Position numbers and translations under genes: made by a program. From assembly GCA_903813345.2 (NCBI GenBank), contig CAIIXF020000001.1, positions 3,720,001-3,784,000 on the forward strand: 64,000 nt of DNA, read 5' to 3'. The DNA is from Owenia fusiformis. Taxonomy: Eukaryota. Under the pieces are notes generated by a model, which made no database searches, was not told the DNA's origin, and saw only the letters and a program-made list of their open reading frames with translations. Shown here one piece after another: positions 44,201-56,755 of the stretch; position 1 is the stretch's first letter, and every line of letters begins with the position of its first letter.

Positions 44201-47200
44201 ATTCCTCTGCTCGAAACATTGAAAACAAGTAATTCTGGCAAATTCTTCTTTGTAGGCCTATCAAGTTCGTCCATCCATAATCTTCTTTGATGAGATAGAT
44301 GGCCTTGCCCCTGTGAGATCCAGCAGACAGGACCAGATACACAGCTCAATCGTGTCCACTCTCCTTGCCCTCATGGATGGCCTGGACAGTCGTGGAGAAA
44401 TAGTTGTCATAGGAGCAACCAATAGAATTGATTCCATAGATCCTGCTCTCAGAAGGCCAGGAAGATTTGATCGAGAATTCTTATTCCCTTTGCCATCTTT
44501 AGAGGTAAGTTTGTTTTGAACTGGAAATACATGTATCTTAAAGGACACACTCAGTGTATGCTCTTGGTAAATCTTAATAGAGTTAATGTGATTTTAAGTG
44601 TTATTCTATTTTATTGTATGTATTCTTATAAACTGTTGAATTCTCTTAATTTTCAAGGCAAGAAAGCAGATCCTACAGATTCATACCAAAGAATGGAACC
44701 CAAAACTGTCTGATTGCTTTTTGAGTGAAGTTGCTGAGAGGACAGTAGGTAAGTAAATATGTCTTGCATTCTTGTTGTTACGCCTTGACAGTGCCTCAAT
44801 CTAGTTAATGATATTTCACTAAGCATACTTTTTGATTTAGTAGTTTCACTTATATCCTTCATATGTTTCTCATTACAGGTTATTGTGGAGCAGACATTAA
44901 ATCCTTATGCACAGAATCAGCCTTGCATGCTCTCAGGAGACGCTACCCTCAGATATATACCTCAAATGAGAAGCTCCAACTAGATGTTACCTCCATAGAT
45001 CTAACTGCCAAAGACTTCCATACATCTATGCTAAACATTGTACCCACAGCCCAGCGCTCTGTTACCTCTCCTGCCAGGGCCCTGTCCGTTACCATTGAAC
45101 CATTGCTCAGGGTTACATTTAATAAGACAATGGAGTCTCTCAGAAGGATGTTTCCACCAGCTCTTGCTAAACTTGCCAGTTTAGACACACCGGGTATGTA
45201 GCTTAGATGCAATCTCTATAAACTAGAAGTTAAATGTGAAAACAGCTTCTTAAGTGAAAGATTTGTACATGAAATTAAGACATTGATGATAACATCTGCT
45301 TCTCACATACATGACTACTCATCTTTTATAGCACCTAGTGGTTCAAAGGATGGAGAAGGGGATGCTGCTAATAACAGCAGTTCGGGCAGTGAAGATGATG
45401 AAGATGCGCCATCTATCTATGACGCATCCACCCAGGGAAAAGGACGTAAAAGACGCATTACTAATGAACTCACAGCTGGTCCATTTTTGGATTTCACAAA
45501 GTAAGTATTTAAAGTATATTGTATGTAACAAAATCATATACAAGTTATTGTATTGATCAATTCTATTATATTTTGAGATCTATGTAAGACGCAATAAATA
45601 GTTTAACTCCCAATTTGCAATGAGTGGTTATCTGCTTCCAGAGCTGCGTACAGCACTCCTACAACATACAGACCTCGGCTCTTGTGTACTGGCCTTCCAG
45701 GTCAAGGTCAGAGCAGCCATCTTGCCCCTGCCATCTTACATCAGTTTGAGAGACTTCCTGTCCATATCTTAGATCTGCCCTCTCTATATGCCAACAGTGC
45801 AAAGACACCAGAGGAGGCTTGTGCTCACGTATGTACTGTATTTATTATTTATTCAGTAGGAAGCTTGTGCTCACGTATGTACTGTATTTATTATTAATTT
45901 GGTAGGAGGCTTGTGCTCACATATGTACTGTATTTTTTTTTCTCATATGACTAACCAAGATACAGCCATCTTTACCCCATGCAAGATATTGCCATCTTTC
46001 ATCTTAAAAAGTCACACGTGTAAGATGAGATTTACTTGTGACATCACCGGTCTATAAACATCAACAACATAGCAACAAATACACCGTTGCTACTAGTATC
46101 CATGCTCATTCTACAAAACTAAGCTGTGACGTCATAACGATGGAGCTTTGTTGCCTCGTGTATCCATGTATTTTCTACAATATTGTTATGACGTCATAAC
46201 AATTGAAAGATGAAGTTCCATTAATCTGAAGCTATTTTGCACCCAGTTTTGTCATGAAGACGTGAAAATAAAGCATAATACAGAGTCATATGAGAAAAAC
46301 TTTCTTGTACTCGTACCTGTGCAATATCGTCCATTCTTGACTCGCTTTGATAATGTTTCTTTATCTCGTCTGCGACTCGATAAAGAAGAATTATCAAAGC
46401 TCATCAAGAATGGACGATCTTGCACAAGTACTCATATAAGAACCTCTATTTATTAATTTGGTAGGTTATGTATTGCCATTGCCATTAGGAAAGGATGTTT
46501 CAGAACAAAAATGTTGGCACATTTTGAGCCAAAATGTGAATTGTGTATGAATAGAATAGTATAGATGTTCAGTTTATAAGCAGACTTACCAAATAGCTAA
46601 AATATTAGTTGTTGGTTTTCAGATTTTTCAAGAAGCAAAGAGGACATCGCCAAGCATTATCTACCTACCTCATGTCAACCAGTGGTGGGATATAATACCA
46701 GAGACACTAAAGGCCACATTCTTGGCTCTCCTGCAGGACCTCAACCCTTCCTGCCCCATTCTACTACTGGCCACCAGCGAGGAACTCTTCCAACATCTAC
46801 CTCATCAAGTAAGATCATTTTTCAGGTTGTAAATTATCAGTAGCAAAAATTGCTTCAATAACCACAACTGGTTTAATGTGGCGTAAATAAAACTATAACT
46901 TGTACTTGAATATTACATACTCTTTGGGATATATGCTACGTCATGGGTGTAGATTTTGCAAAAACAATACTACTGCATAGTTATATCTATCACCAATTCA
47001 TGAGTTAATATGTTTTGTTTGCGGTTGGTTGGGATTGCAACCTTGAGCAGTTGCTGTTTCTCTAGAATAAAAATGACCACTTAAATATGTCGAGAAATTA
47101 TGAAAGTAAAAATTAAAAGTATCTGTTTATTCATACCAAAATGTTTTAAAAAATGTGCACTCTTGTGAAGTGAGACTCGTGTCACATAAGATTTATTATT

Positions 47201-50200
47201 TACTCATGCTTCAGATTCAACTGCTGTTCAGTGTTAACTCAGGGGAGGTCATTCACATGTACAATCCCAATGCTGATGAGAGAAGAGCATTCTTCCAGGA
47301 CCTATTGCTCAATCAGGCTTGCAAAACACCAAAACGAAAACTAAGAAAAAGTAAGTATTATCACAAATTAAGTTTGAAACACTACCGTACACATACATGG
47401 TCTTTCATGTCTCACTATTTTAATTATCAGGAATTTTTTTATAATCACAAATTGAAATTTGTGCAAATAAGTATGATAATATAGAACTGATTTGCACCTC
47501 TTGCCCAGGTTACCAAAATATTGAAATGTTTCTTCCAGCTAGTAGCCTAGAGGTCCTTCCCTTAGCTCCACCCCCTGAACCAAGGAAACTTTCCGAAAGA
47601 GAAATGAAACGCCTCCATAACCAAGAAGAGGCTACACTCCGTGAATTACGGCTCTTTATTCGTGACGTCATTAACAAGTTGGCCCGAGACAGAAGGTTTA
47701 ATATCTTTGCAAAACCTGTGGATCCAGAAGAAGTATGTTTTAGCACTTTCCATGAATTAAAGCTACACTGGTGTTATATTTATTGTTGCCTCTTCTTTTG
47801 CTAGTATTTTGGGGAGGCTGGGTACATTTTTGATTTTCTGACCTATAACCTTGTGTGTTAAGTCTTGTTCAAGCATTTTCAGCTCTACCGTTTTGCTCTT
47901 TAAAGTGCAATATTTATCATGGTGTGCTCTGTAATATATGTAAGGTTTCATTATGATATGAAACCACTCAAAACAACACAGACACCGTTTATTTGCTGAT
48001 TGATTCTCTAACTTTCCAGGTAGATGACTATTATGATGTGATCAAAACACCAATGGATTTATCCACGATGATGTCAAAGATTGACTTACACAAGTACCAA
48101 ACTGTCAAAGATTTCCTAGATGATATAGATCTGATCCGCAGCAATGCTTTAGAATACAACCCAGATAGACATCCTGAAGGTAAGTGAAATATGTAGTATT
48201 TAGTAATATTTTAGAGTACAACCTGGACAGACACAACTTACACAAGTGGGTGAAATATCCAGCATGCCCATTGCCCTAATTTAGCTATGGAAAATTTAAG
48301 GGAAGAACCATGTCTCTAAAAGTAAAGCATTTTAATTGAGAATTGGTTCCATTTCTTCCTATGAAAACCTAAAGCTGAATAGCTATTGTGGGGAGTTGCT
48401 GTTGTTCTAATTTCTGACTCTGACACAGTTGATTTTAAATTCAAATAGGCAAAACAAGCATTTGTTTGATTCTACAGTACTTGAGATTTATGTAAAAAGT
48501 GAAACAAACTAAACGACAGCAAAATGTTACCATATTTGATCTGTTTATTGCAGATAAGGCTGTGCGCCACAGGGCATGTGCACTCAGGGACCTTGCACAC
48601 TCCATAGTTGATGCAGATCTAGACAGGGACTTTGAACGACAATGTGAGGAGATCGCTGAATCAAGGGAAAAACGAGGTGTGCAGCCACTGTTTTTTCGTT
48701 TTTGTCATTATTACACATGTATTTACACATCACCTAAACGAATCATTTATTAGCTAACAAACAGAAATCTAAATCGTCAAGTTACAGATAATTATATTCA
48801 TAAAAAATTTGTCATGTATTAAATTCAGGTACATTTGTGAATTGATAAATTCAAAGTAATTGCTATTTTTTTTATAATGCATCCATTTAGGAATTGCCCC
48901 GAACCTAGTTAACTACATTGACTTAGTCTTCTCTTTACCCATAAATATATTTCTCTATTGTTTTCATGTAATACAACTTTCGAATGTACCAAAGGAATAA
49001 GATTTAATAAACCATGAAAACATTTCAGGTCCTTCTCTTCCTGAGACTGCCCCTGCTTTCTACCATGTAAAACCAATACAGAACCCCCAGGCCTCACAAG
49101 CCCCTAAACCACCCCCAACTATACCCCAGCCAGACAGATTCTCTCGTCGAACCCGGGGGTTGAACGCTATTCAGGAAGCCCAGGAAACCACTCCATCTAC
49201 CTCAACAGGTGGCGCTACTACTTCACATCAACGCTCACACCCAGCATCTGCCCCTGTAATACGATCTCGCATACATACCCCCGGTAAAACCCCACTGACT
49301 ATTCCAAAACCTAAAAAGCAAAAGAAATGCATATGGGCATCATCGAGTAGAAGAAATAAAAGGAGAACTCACTGGGCTAGTCGTTTTTGGGCAAAAAGAC
49401 GTGCAGAAATGGCTGAGAATGAACCAGAAGTAGACCAGGGTATAGAAATTGATGATGGCATGGATATTGATGAACAGGATGAAACCAAAGATTTGAACAC
49501 AACTGAAGAAATAGTCATTCTTGACAATGATCTCAATGAAACCATAAAGACTGCAGGTACATCTGAAACCACTGCTGATGTATTAAAACCATTACAAATA
49601 GACACCTCAAATAAAGCAACTGACATTAAAGAATCAGCATTAAATTCGCCAAGTACTCGATCTAAGGGACTATCCCCAGTAGCTCTTTCCCCAAATACAC
49701 GTTCCAGAGCTAAGTCCCCGATTGCTCAATCTCAAGGTTGTAAATCACCAGGAGGCCATTCTCCAATAACAAAGTCTCCCCGATCTCTGCGAGCCAAGTC
49801 ACCAATTGGGTCACAGAGAGTACAGACAATTATAGAGAGTGATCTATTAATAAAAGACTCTGAAGATTCCAATGATACCAAAGCAAGCTCAGGGACCACA
49901 ATTTCCAGGGATGACAGCGGTATTTGTAGTGCACAAGAGAGTAATGGAGAAGTCCTAGAAAAACCAAATGAACCACAGGTAGGTTGATGCATGCTTGACA
50001 TTTTTGCATATTCCCATGAACTGCTTCACTCCAGTAATTATAATAGCTGGCAACGAGTCATCTTTTCTAGATGTTGTGTTTCAGAATCAAAAGTATATTA
50101 AATAGAGATTTTCATTATAAAGACCATGGTCCTTTGATTGGATATTGTTTAGGTTTAATTCACAAAAAGTGATTTTGACTGAAGGTTATCAATCATCCTA

Positions 50201-51198
50201 TATTCCAGGAAGAAGTCAAGCAAAAGGAAGCTGAGGTGGACGTTGTCATGGCAACACCACAGACACATGAGACACCCAAGAAAAATAATGAAGTGACTGA
50301 AGTTTCATCTGAATCTAAAGGTAGTGTCTAAAGAACATGATTTGGGGAAAACTCCAAAATTTCTACTCACCAAAATATAATCTCTAACTTCTAACTTTTT
50401 CTTGCCACTTGATCAATTACCAAAAAACAATGTGTCGTGGATACACATACTTAATATGCAGAAGTAGCTTTAGTGCTTGTCTGTAACAGTAGATGTCAAA
50501 TGTTATTTGCAATATTATACAACAAATTGTACAGCCTTAAAATCAAGACCAACATTGAAACAAAGCAAAATACTGATTAGTTGAACAAAGGCCTGTAGAC
50601 ATTTGGGATTAACAGTTATATGTATACTCTTTATATTTCGAAACTTAGAAAAGCCAATTGTTAAAACTGAAATTGAATGTGATTATTGCTCTTTCTCAGA
50701 GTCCACACCAGCAATGAGGATGACACGAGGACGCCTGCACCAAAAGGAAGTTGAGAAGGCACATGAGCGGTTATACCTTCCTGCTCAACCTTTTGTCATT
50801 GATCGAGACAGACTGAGGTACATACTAGAGCAGACTGTACATATCACCAAGGACTTCATCATTGAAGACCTAGAGAGGGTTCACAGTAAATATAGCCAGT
50901 GTATATATCAACATAGGAAGGCTCATGATAGGACCCAGCTGTTAGTGGTAAGTAAATTGTAAACGTCGATGTTAAGGTCGTTTTGCACTTCCAGAAAATT
51001 GAAAAAAAAATTGGAGGAAATGTCAGTAACCAACACCAGAGTATAACAGCTAAATGTTGAATTCTCAAATGCTAAACTGACTTATCTGAATAAATATCTC
51101 TGTAATTTCATTTATTTATTATATGCAACACTAGATATGTCATTCTTGATTTTCTCTTCCAGGATCTGGAAGAAGCAATGAATATGTTTGCAAAATGA
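38258..51198 (+). CDS. ATAD2: ATPase family AAA domain-containing protein 2 (AAA+ ATPase plus bromodomain), about 1539 aa
   Basis: 25 coding exons from 38258-38368 to 51163-51198 (incl. 42884-42995, 43372-43513, 43634-43782, 44256-44504, 44879-45193, 47539-47732, 48020-48179, 49029-49978); total 4620 nt with consistent phases. Walker [31 protein letters not shown], Walker [27 protein letters not shown], bromodomain FAKPVD...PMDL...NALEYN. Confidence 0.96.
40163..40228. repeat. 33-bp tandem duplication in an ATAD2 intron
   Basis: AACACCTATAAATCACCTTTAATAAGTTCATAC occurs twice in tandem. Confidence 0.9.
40955..42071 (+). mobile_element. Helentron/HINE-like element interrupted by a hAT MITE
   Basis: T-rich start, TTATCCCAC...GGGAGGGATT, degenerate CTGTCCATCTGT microsatellite, internal core repeats and terminal GGTGGGATT...ATTCTAGTT. 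Boundaries approximate. Confidence 0.5.
41321..41781. mobile_element. Non-autonomous hAT MITE
   Basis: TIR TAGGGGTGAGACGA / TCGTCTCACCCCTA; perfect 8-bp TSD CTTTTAAA; subterminal GAGTCGA/GAATCG arrays. Confidence 0.92.
45812..45935 (+). repeat. 46-bp tandem triplication spanning an ATAD2 exon-intron junction
   Basis: AGG(A/G)AGCTTGTGCTCAC(G/A)TATGTACTGTATTT-type unit repeated with donor positions 45829 (GT), 45875 (GT) and 45921 (AT). Confidence 0.9.
45936..46450. mobile_element. Crypton-like non-autonomous element with a terminal long hairpin
   Basis: About 135-bp imperfect palindrome at 46303-46440 centred on CTCGTCTGCGACTCG; repeated CTCATATGA/TCATATGAGAA motifs; interrupts the third 46-bp unit. 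Family label from memory. Confidence 0.55.
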
Positions 51199-53711
51199 GA
51201 CAACAACATCCAGGGATATCCTGATGGCATTTAAAGTTATTCTATGCAGGGATATTCATATAATATATTGCCTCAGAGAATCCTAAAATGCATTTACATG
51301 TAATCAACCATGACAATTGTAAATACTCAATGTTATCTTGTGATTCCTGTTTTTGTAAACCTGGTGTTATGAAATTTTAAACCATGATATGTGTGAAATG
51401 TGATCACTTTTCTAATATGTTCAGGGATTTTAACCAGTTACTGAGCATTACTGTACTTTTAATACAATTTTATAAGCTGCTTATTTTAAGCAGGAATTTG
51501 TTTTACAAATTACTGAATTTTAAAACAATTAATTACGATAATTATCTAATCTCGGAACAATCTTCAGGGAGATATAGAGAATGCCTTTGTTAGGCCTAAT
51601 CCATCTGGGCAATAACTCAAATACCTCTGGTCTGATTTTGTTAATATTTTATAGTGTATGGCCGATGTGATTTCATGTTCTGTTCCAAAGCTGATTTTGA
51701 AATTGGCTCCTTGTTTCAACATTTTAGTGCCAATTTTACAATATTTCATTATATTTCATCCTGCTCATTAACTTATATAATTATAATTTGAAATGATTTA
51801 TGGTGTTGATTTAGTCCGAAATCAAGTTTTTCCAAAAAGTGTCAGGTGGCCGGCCATCTTGGAAAATGTTGTTGATAAGATGTTAAATGGGATTTGCTAC
51901 ACCTTGGCATTGCTGTCATACAGTTTTTTTGATGTTTTATTTCTAGTGTGCAGTACCGTATTATGGATGCTGTGTGCTAAGATTAATTCTTGTTTGATGT
52001 TTTTGTAATCAAATTGTTTAGACATCAGGGATTTGATACAAATAGTCACGTCCATAGTCCCATCATGGGGATACACTCAACAGTATTGCATTTAAGAGTG
52101 TATAAAGAAAATGTGAGTCCTGATTCTGAACATGTATATTGTCGCTTGCAATGTCTTGTCTGTACACGTCAAAAGCAAATATACATGATATATCAGTCTG
52201 CATGCTTAATTCTTGTAGTTTCCATACATGCCTAGAAAAATACATTTTGTGAATCATTTAAAATGCAACAGGTATTAAACTAATGAAACATGTATTCCAT
52301 TACTCACTGCCATGTTCTCCACTCACTGAGCAAGTCTATGAGAAATTTTATTTAAGGTTTTGAGTAGAATTCACATATTTTCATGAGTTCCCATCTCTAT
52401 GTTGTCAAGTTTTCATGTATCAAATGTTCTAAATGTTTTGAAGTGAAGTGATATTTTGTATGTAAATAACTCAAATAAGTTCTTGCTCAATAAGACTTCA
52501 ATTTTAAAAAACAATAAAATCTTTTATCTATTATTTACTTTTTTGAGTGATTTTTTTATACTTCTATATGTGCAAATGACACATTGTTTTTGGTAAATCA
52601 TTGGCAAGTTTGAGAAATAATGACGTGCATTTTGTCTGATATTTACAATTTTCTTATTCGTAATAAACTATGTACATTTGATGAGTTGGAATCTCATTTT
52701 AAAGTGATTAAAACATGTGCATAAATTATCATTATGTTAAACTGTTAAAGGGGGAACTCAATACAGAAGAATGTAAACCGGTTTAAAATAAACATGTAAT
52801 TCTTACTATGTATATATTTGTGTGAATATTGTAATGTAAATATTGGTGATGTACAGTTTATATGTTATATTTATCATACTTGGATGTATTGAATCAACAA
52901 TTTGAGAATTCAAAATAAAGGTTATATATTGGTATTTATGTGAGATTTGACTTTTTATACTGATGTTTCAAAGAAGTACGCTGTTCATGTTTGTAAAATG
53001 ATATCAACAAGTGCTTCAAACTGCCTCAAACAATCTGGTTGAAATAGGGGAGCATTTCAATAGTTCAATGTAGGATTAATAATTAATAACTCTTTTTCAG
53101 AGTTAATCTGTGTCCCCCTCCCCTGATAAATCTTTGAGAAATGTTGATAGTCACACTATATTTAACATAACATTAATATGGTAATATCTATTAACTAAAT
53201 GGAAATTGTGATATTGCTTCTAGAGTTGAATCTTAGTACACAAGGCTAGTGTTTAACAATGCAGATATCTGTTCCATGCTGCTGAATTTGCAGCTTTCCA
53301 ATGGTACCTCCATATCCAGAATGTGATTACTTTCTCTGCCTCTTGACGTACCTTCCCTGCGTTTGATCATGTGTTATAATTTAGCAACACCCAAGTGGCC
53401 CAATCTCTGGTAAAAGATTTTCTAAATAGAAATCATAAAATTATGACAAATGGATTAACAGAATATCCTTACTCTCGATAAATGTAGATTTACTTTTCAT
53501 AGACCAAACATATGACAAAGCATAATCAAATCTTGTATTAAAAATATTAAAATGTTGCATTTAGGGTTTAAATTTAAATTCATTAAAATCATTTAAATTA
53601 AATTTAAATCTCCATGAATTCATGTTTCAATAAATTATGTCTCAAAAGTGTAATTGAATTCAAATCATGGTTATATTTTGGGTGAAAACTGGGTGAACAC
53701 TTTCATGTATA

Positions 53712-54709
53712 CAGGATGAGCCAAAAAACAAATGTTAAAAACTCAGCAATCCAGTATGAGTTCAAGGCCATGTTTTGCAGGATTGAACCTTGTTCAATGT
53801 TCTTCCATTCTGTAAAGTGTCTGTTTCATGCTTCAAATGCCAAAATCGCCCAATATGACCAGAAGAATTTCATCTTTGTGGCTATTTCAAAGATAATGGA
53901 GAGTTTAAGCTAGTATATAAAATCGAAATGGCGACATATACAGTCATATAAATTGCCCATATACATATAGCTTCCTCACCTAAATAGCTGTCGGGCTTCA
54001 GTGTTTGTTTAGACGACACCGCAGTGTCTGCTATGCATCATGTAATACACCATTGGTAGTTCTATAGCTGGTTTTCTGATACATCGAGCTCGTTTGGTAA
54101 GATAGTCCGAGCTAAAACATGCATGACATCATCTTCAGAAAGAATTCTACTTTGTATCGAAATCAAAATTACCAGCCAAGTATGGCAATAGACACCAGTG
54201 TAATGATTCCCGTTGAGACCAACGTGAAATTTGGAATCTCACGTTCTGAACACGAAACTCTGAAGCTGAACAGGTATCTGTAGTAGACTAATTAGCCCTT
54301 GTTTTGTATGTGCGCTATACATTGCTATATTGATTCATGTACTTTCCGTTCACTGTTGCGTTGTGAAAAACATTGCTTAAACTCTCCAGCATCTATATAA
54401 ACAACCCTAGAAGCATCTGAGAGTTGAAACAAGAGGTAAGAAGGAAAATGAGAGCTATTATGAAGATATCTGTGACCATATAGTCAAAACAACTTCACCT
54501 GACACGTTCAAGTTTGCCTCCAGAGATGAGACCAGCATTTTGAGCATGTTTTGTAAAATGGCCATGGAATCGTGACCATTTGAAGCAGACCAATGAAACT
54601 TGGTTGAATGAAAGAACATTGAACAAGGTTGTACTAAATATGACTTAAAACCCACAGTGGACAACTGATTTATTAACATTTATTGGGTTACCTTTTTTGG
54701 CTAACCGTG
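53712..54709 (+). mobile_element. Tc1/mariner deletion derivative with a decayed transposase C-terminus
   Basis: TA|CAGGATGAGCCAAAAAA ... TTTTTTGGCTAACCGTG|TA, imperfect arms of about 130 bp; 54391-54556 reads with stops and frameshifts IYINNPRSI*ELKQEVRRKMRAI..EDICDHIV..NFT*HVQVCLQR*DQHFEHVL*. Confidence 0.8.
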
Positions 54710-55199
54710 TATAACAACCCCTAACATGCATGTTCGCATTCCCATTACACATCTAATAATAAACAAAAATACATTTTGTTTTTTAATTAAAATTCTTTAT
54801 TCACAGGTACTATAGTTTACTATTACATAGTTTAGAAATCTAGATTCTATATATTGTTAAATAGTTCACAGTGTCTAAGACATTAGTTAGCTAAATGCAA
54901 AGCGTATTAAAATATACATCACTTCAACACAACCAATCTTCTTCATTAATGCACAGAGACATGAAAAATGCACCAAAAATAGATATTTACTGCTATAATG
55001 TTTCTCATTCTCTAACCAGGGAAAAGGGTATTTAAAAACTGTAAAAAATATTTGATCTTCATAACAAGGAACATATATGGTCTTCATTCTGGAGGAGGGA
55101 TATAAAATATGGAGTATTGGAAAATATTCATTTTTCAAATTGAGGCTCATGTATCTACCAATTAACAGTATGCATCACAGGGAAATATTACAGGATATA

Positions 55200-55540
55200 T
55201 TATGTATTCGAACATGACTGTATTCACGCTTTCTATAAACTGTGATCTAAGTCAATATTTCAACCAGGTTATATTCGCGAACAATAACCCTGGTAATACG
55301 AGTAATGTGTGATGTCATAACGACGGCCCGTAGTTATGGCAGACTATGATGAATATTCGAAACATTTTGGTGAGTTTTCATGTTCGCATCGTAATATAGA
55401 CCTCAGAGCAGGTGTCATATTGTCGAATATACCCCTTAGGGCTTTGGTCATTCGGGGAACATAAAACATTTGTGCCTAGCCCTGGGGTGCGTATTCGACA
55501 ATATTACCCCTACTCTTCAGTCTATTTTTCTTAACTATTA
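55200..55540. mobile_element. Second palindrome-ended (Crypton-like) element
   Basis: Hairpin ATAGAC..AGAGCAGGTGTCATATTGTCGAATA.ACCCC ... GGGGT.CGTATTCGACAATATTACCCCTACTCT..AGTCTAT at about 55396-55525. Left boundary uncertain. Confidence 0.45.
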
Positions 55541-56621
55541 TGTTATGTAATATCATGTCATGTGATGCCTGTTCAACCAATCACAGAATGAGAACCATGA
55601 TAGTGAGATAATAATACATAATATCATATGAAATTTCTCCAAAAATTGAGAAATACCTTCATGGTTGCGTTTATAGTATGCCTGATAACCTTATTGGACG
55701 TAGAACTGCACACTTAAGCATGCACTGCATTGTAATTGGAATGTTTTACACAAACTATACTAATATATAATAATATATTTGGAATCTTGTATAGCCTATA
55801 TGGATCTGGTATAATAAATAAGAAAATAAATACACACAATGGTCCCTTGGACAGTTAGTGTTATGGACATATCCTATACTTGATAAGAAATCTGAAAGTT
55901 AAAGTTTTGGTGATGCACCAAATCCACCAATAGAGTTTGCTGTCTCATCATATGCTCTATCCAGCTATAGAAAGGATGATAGATGACATTTTATACACAG
56001 ATAGATAGTCTAATAGTATCACCATCTTCCTAAAAGACATACAGCTTGTCATTTTGTCATTCTATGATAGCCTTACATCAATCAATGGGTGGTTACACTC
56101 CATACCTCTAACTTCAAACAATTTAACATTTTACCCTCTCTCATACAAGTACCACACATGGTACATGTGGTAAAATAGACTAATATAATACCAGCAGCAT
56201 GTTTTTACAGATTTTACTATGAAAACCTGCTGACTAGCTTGGCAATAGTGTTAGATTTTGCCAGAAAATTTAGCAAACCTACCTCATTTCAATAAAAATA
56301 GTTTAAACAATACTGTCATATGGCAGTTCTATAATATGACCAATTGTAAAATGGCAACTCCACAGTGACAAATCCAAATGAAATAAATACTTGTTTGTTT
56401 TCCATAATTGCTGAATCCTGTTGAGTCGCCCCTTTAAACTTGGACTAAATATATATGCCACTTGTATTATGACATCAACATTCAGAGTCATCAGTTCTTC
56501 AGTGATATAACATTACATTTCCAAAGTATACATGTACAGGAGTGTATATACTATATTTCCATCAAGTTTGATGACATGACTCCAAATATAGACCCATTGC
56601 TTAATTTATTAATCACCCTAA

Positions 56622-56755
56622 TGTATCTCCATTCCACCAGAGTATTGTACACACTGTATCTCCATTCCACCAGAGTATTGTACACACTGTATCTCCATTC
56701 TACTAGAGTATTGTACACACTGTATCTCCACTCCACTAGAGTATTGTACACACTG
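56622..56755. repeat. 33-bp minisatellite, 4 copies, overlapping the stop codon of the TIR gene
   Basis: Unit TGTATCTCCA(T/C)TC(C/T)AC(C/T)AGAGTATTGTACACAC. Confidence 0.95.

Noticed and set aside
44261-50001. Antisense ORFs over ATAD2 exons
   Set aside because: Shadow frames of the coding strand with no independent splice or motif support.
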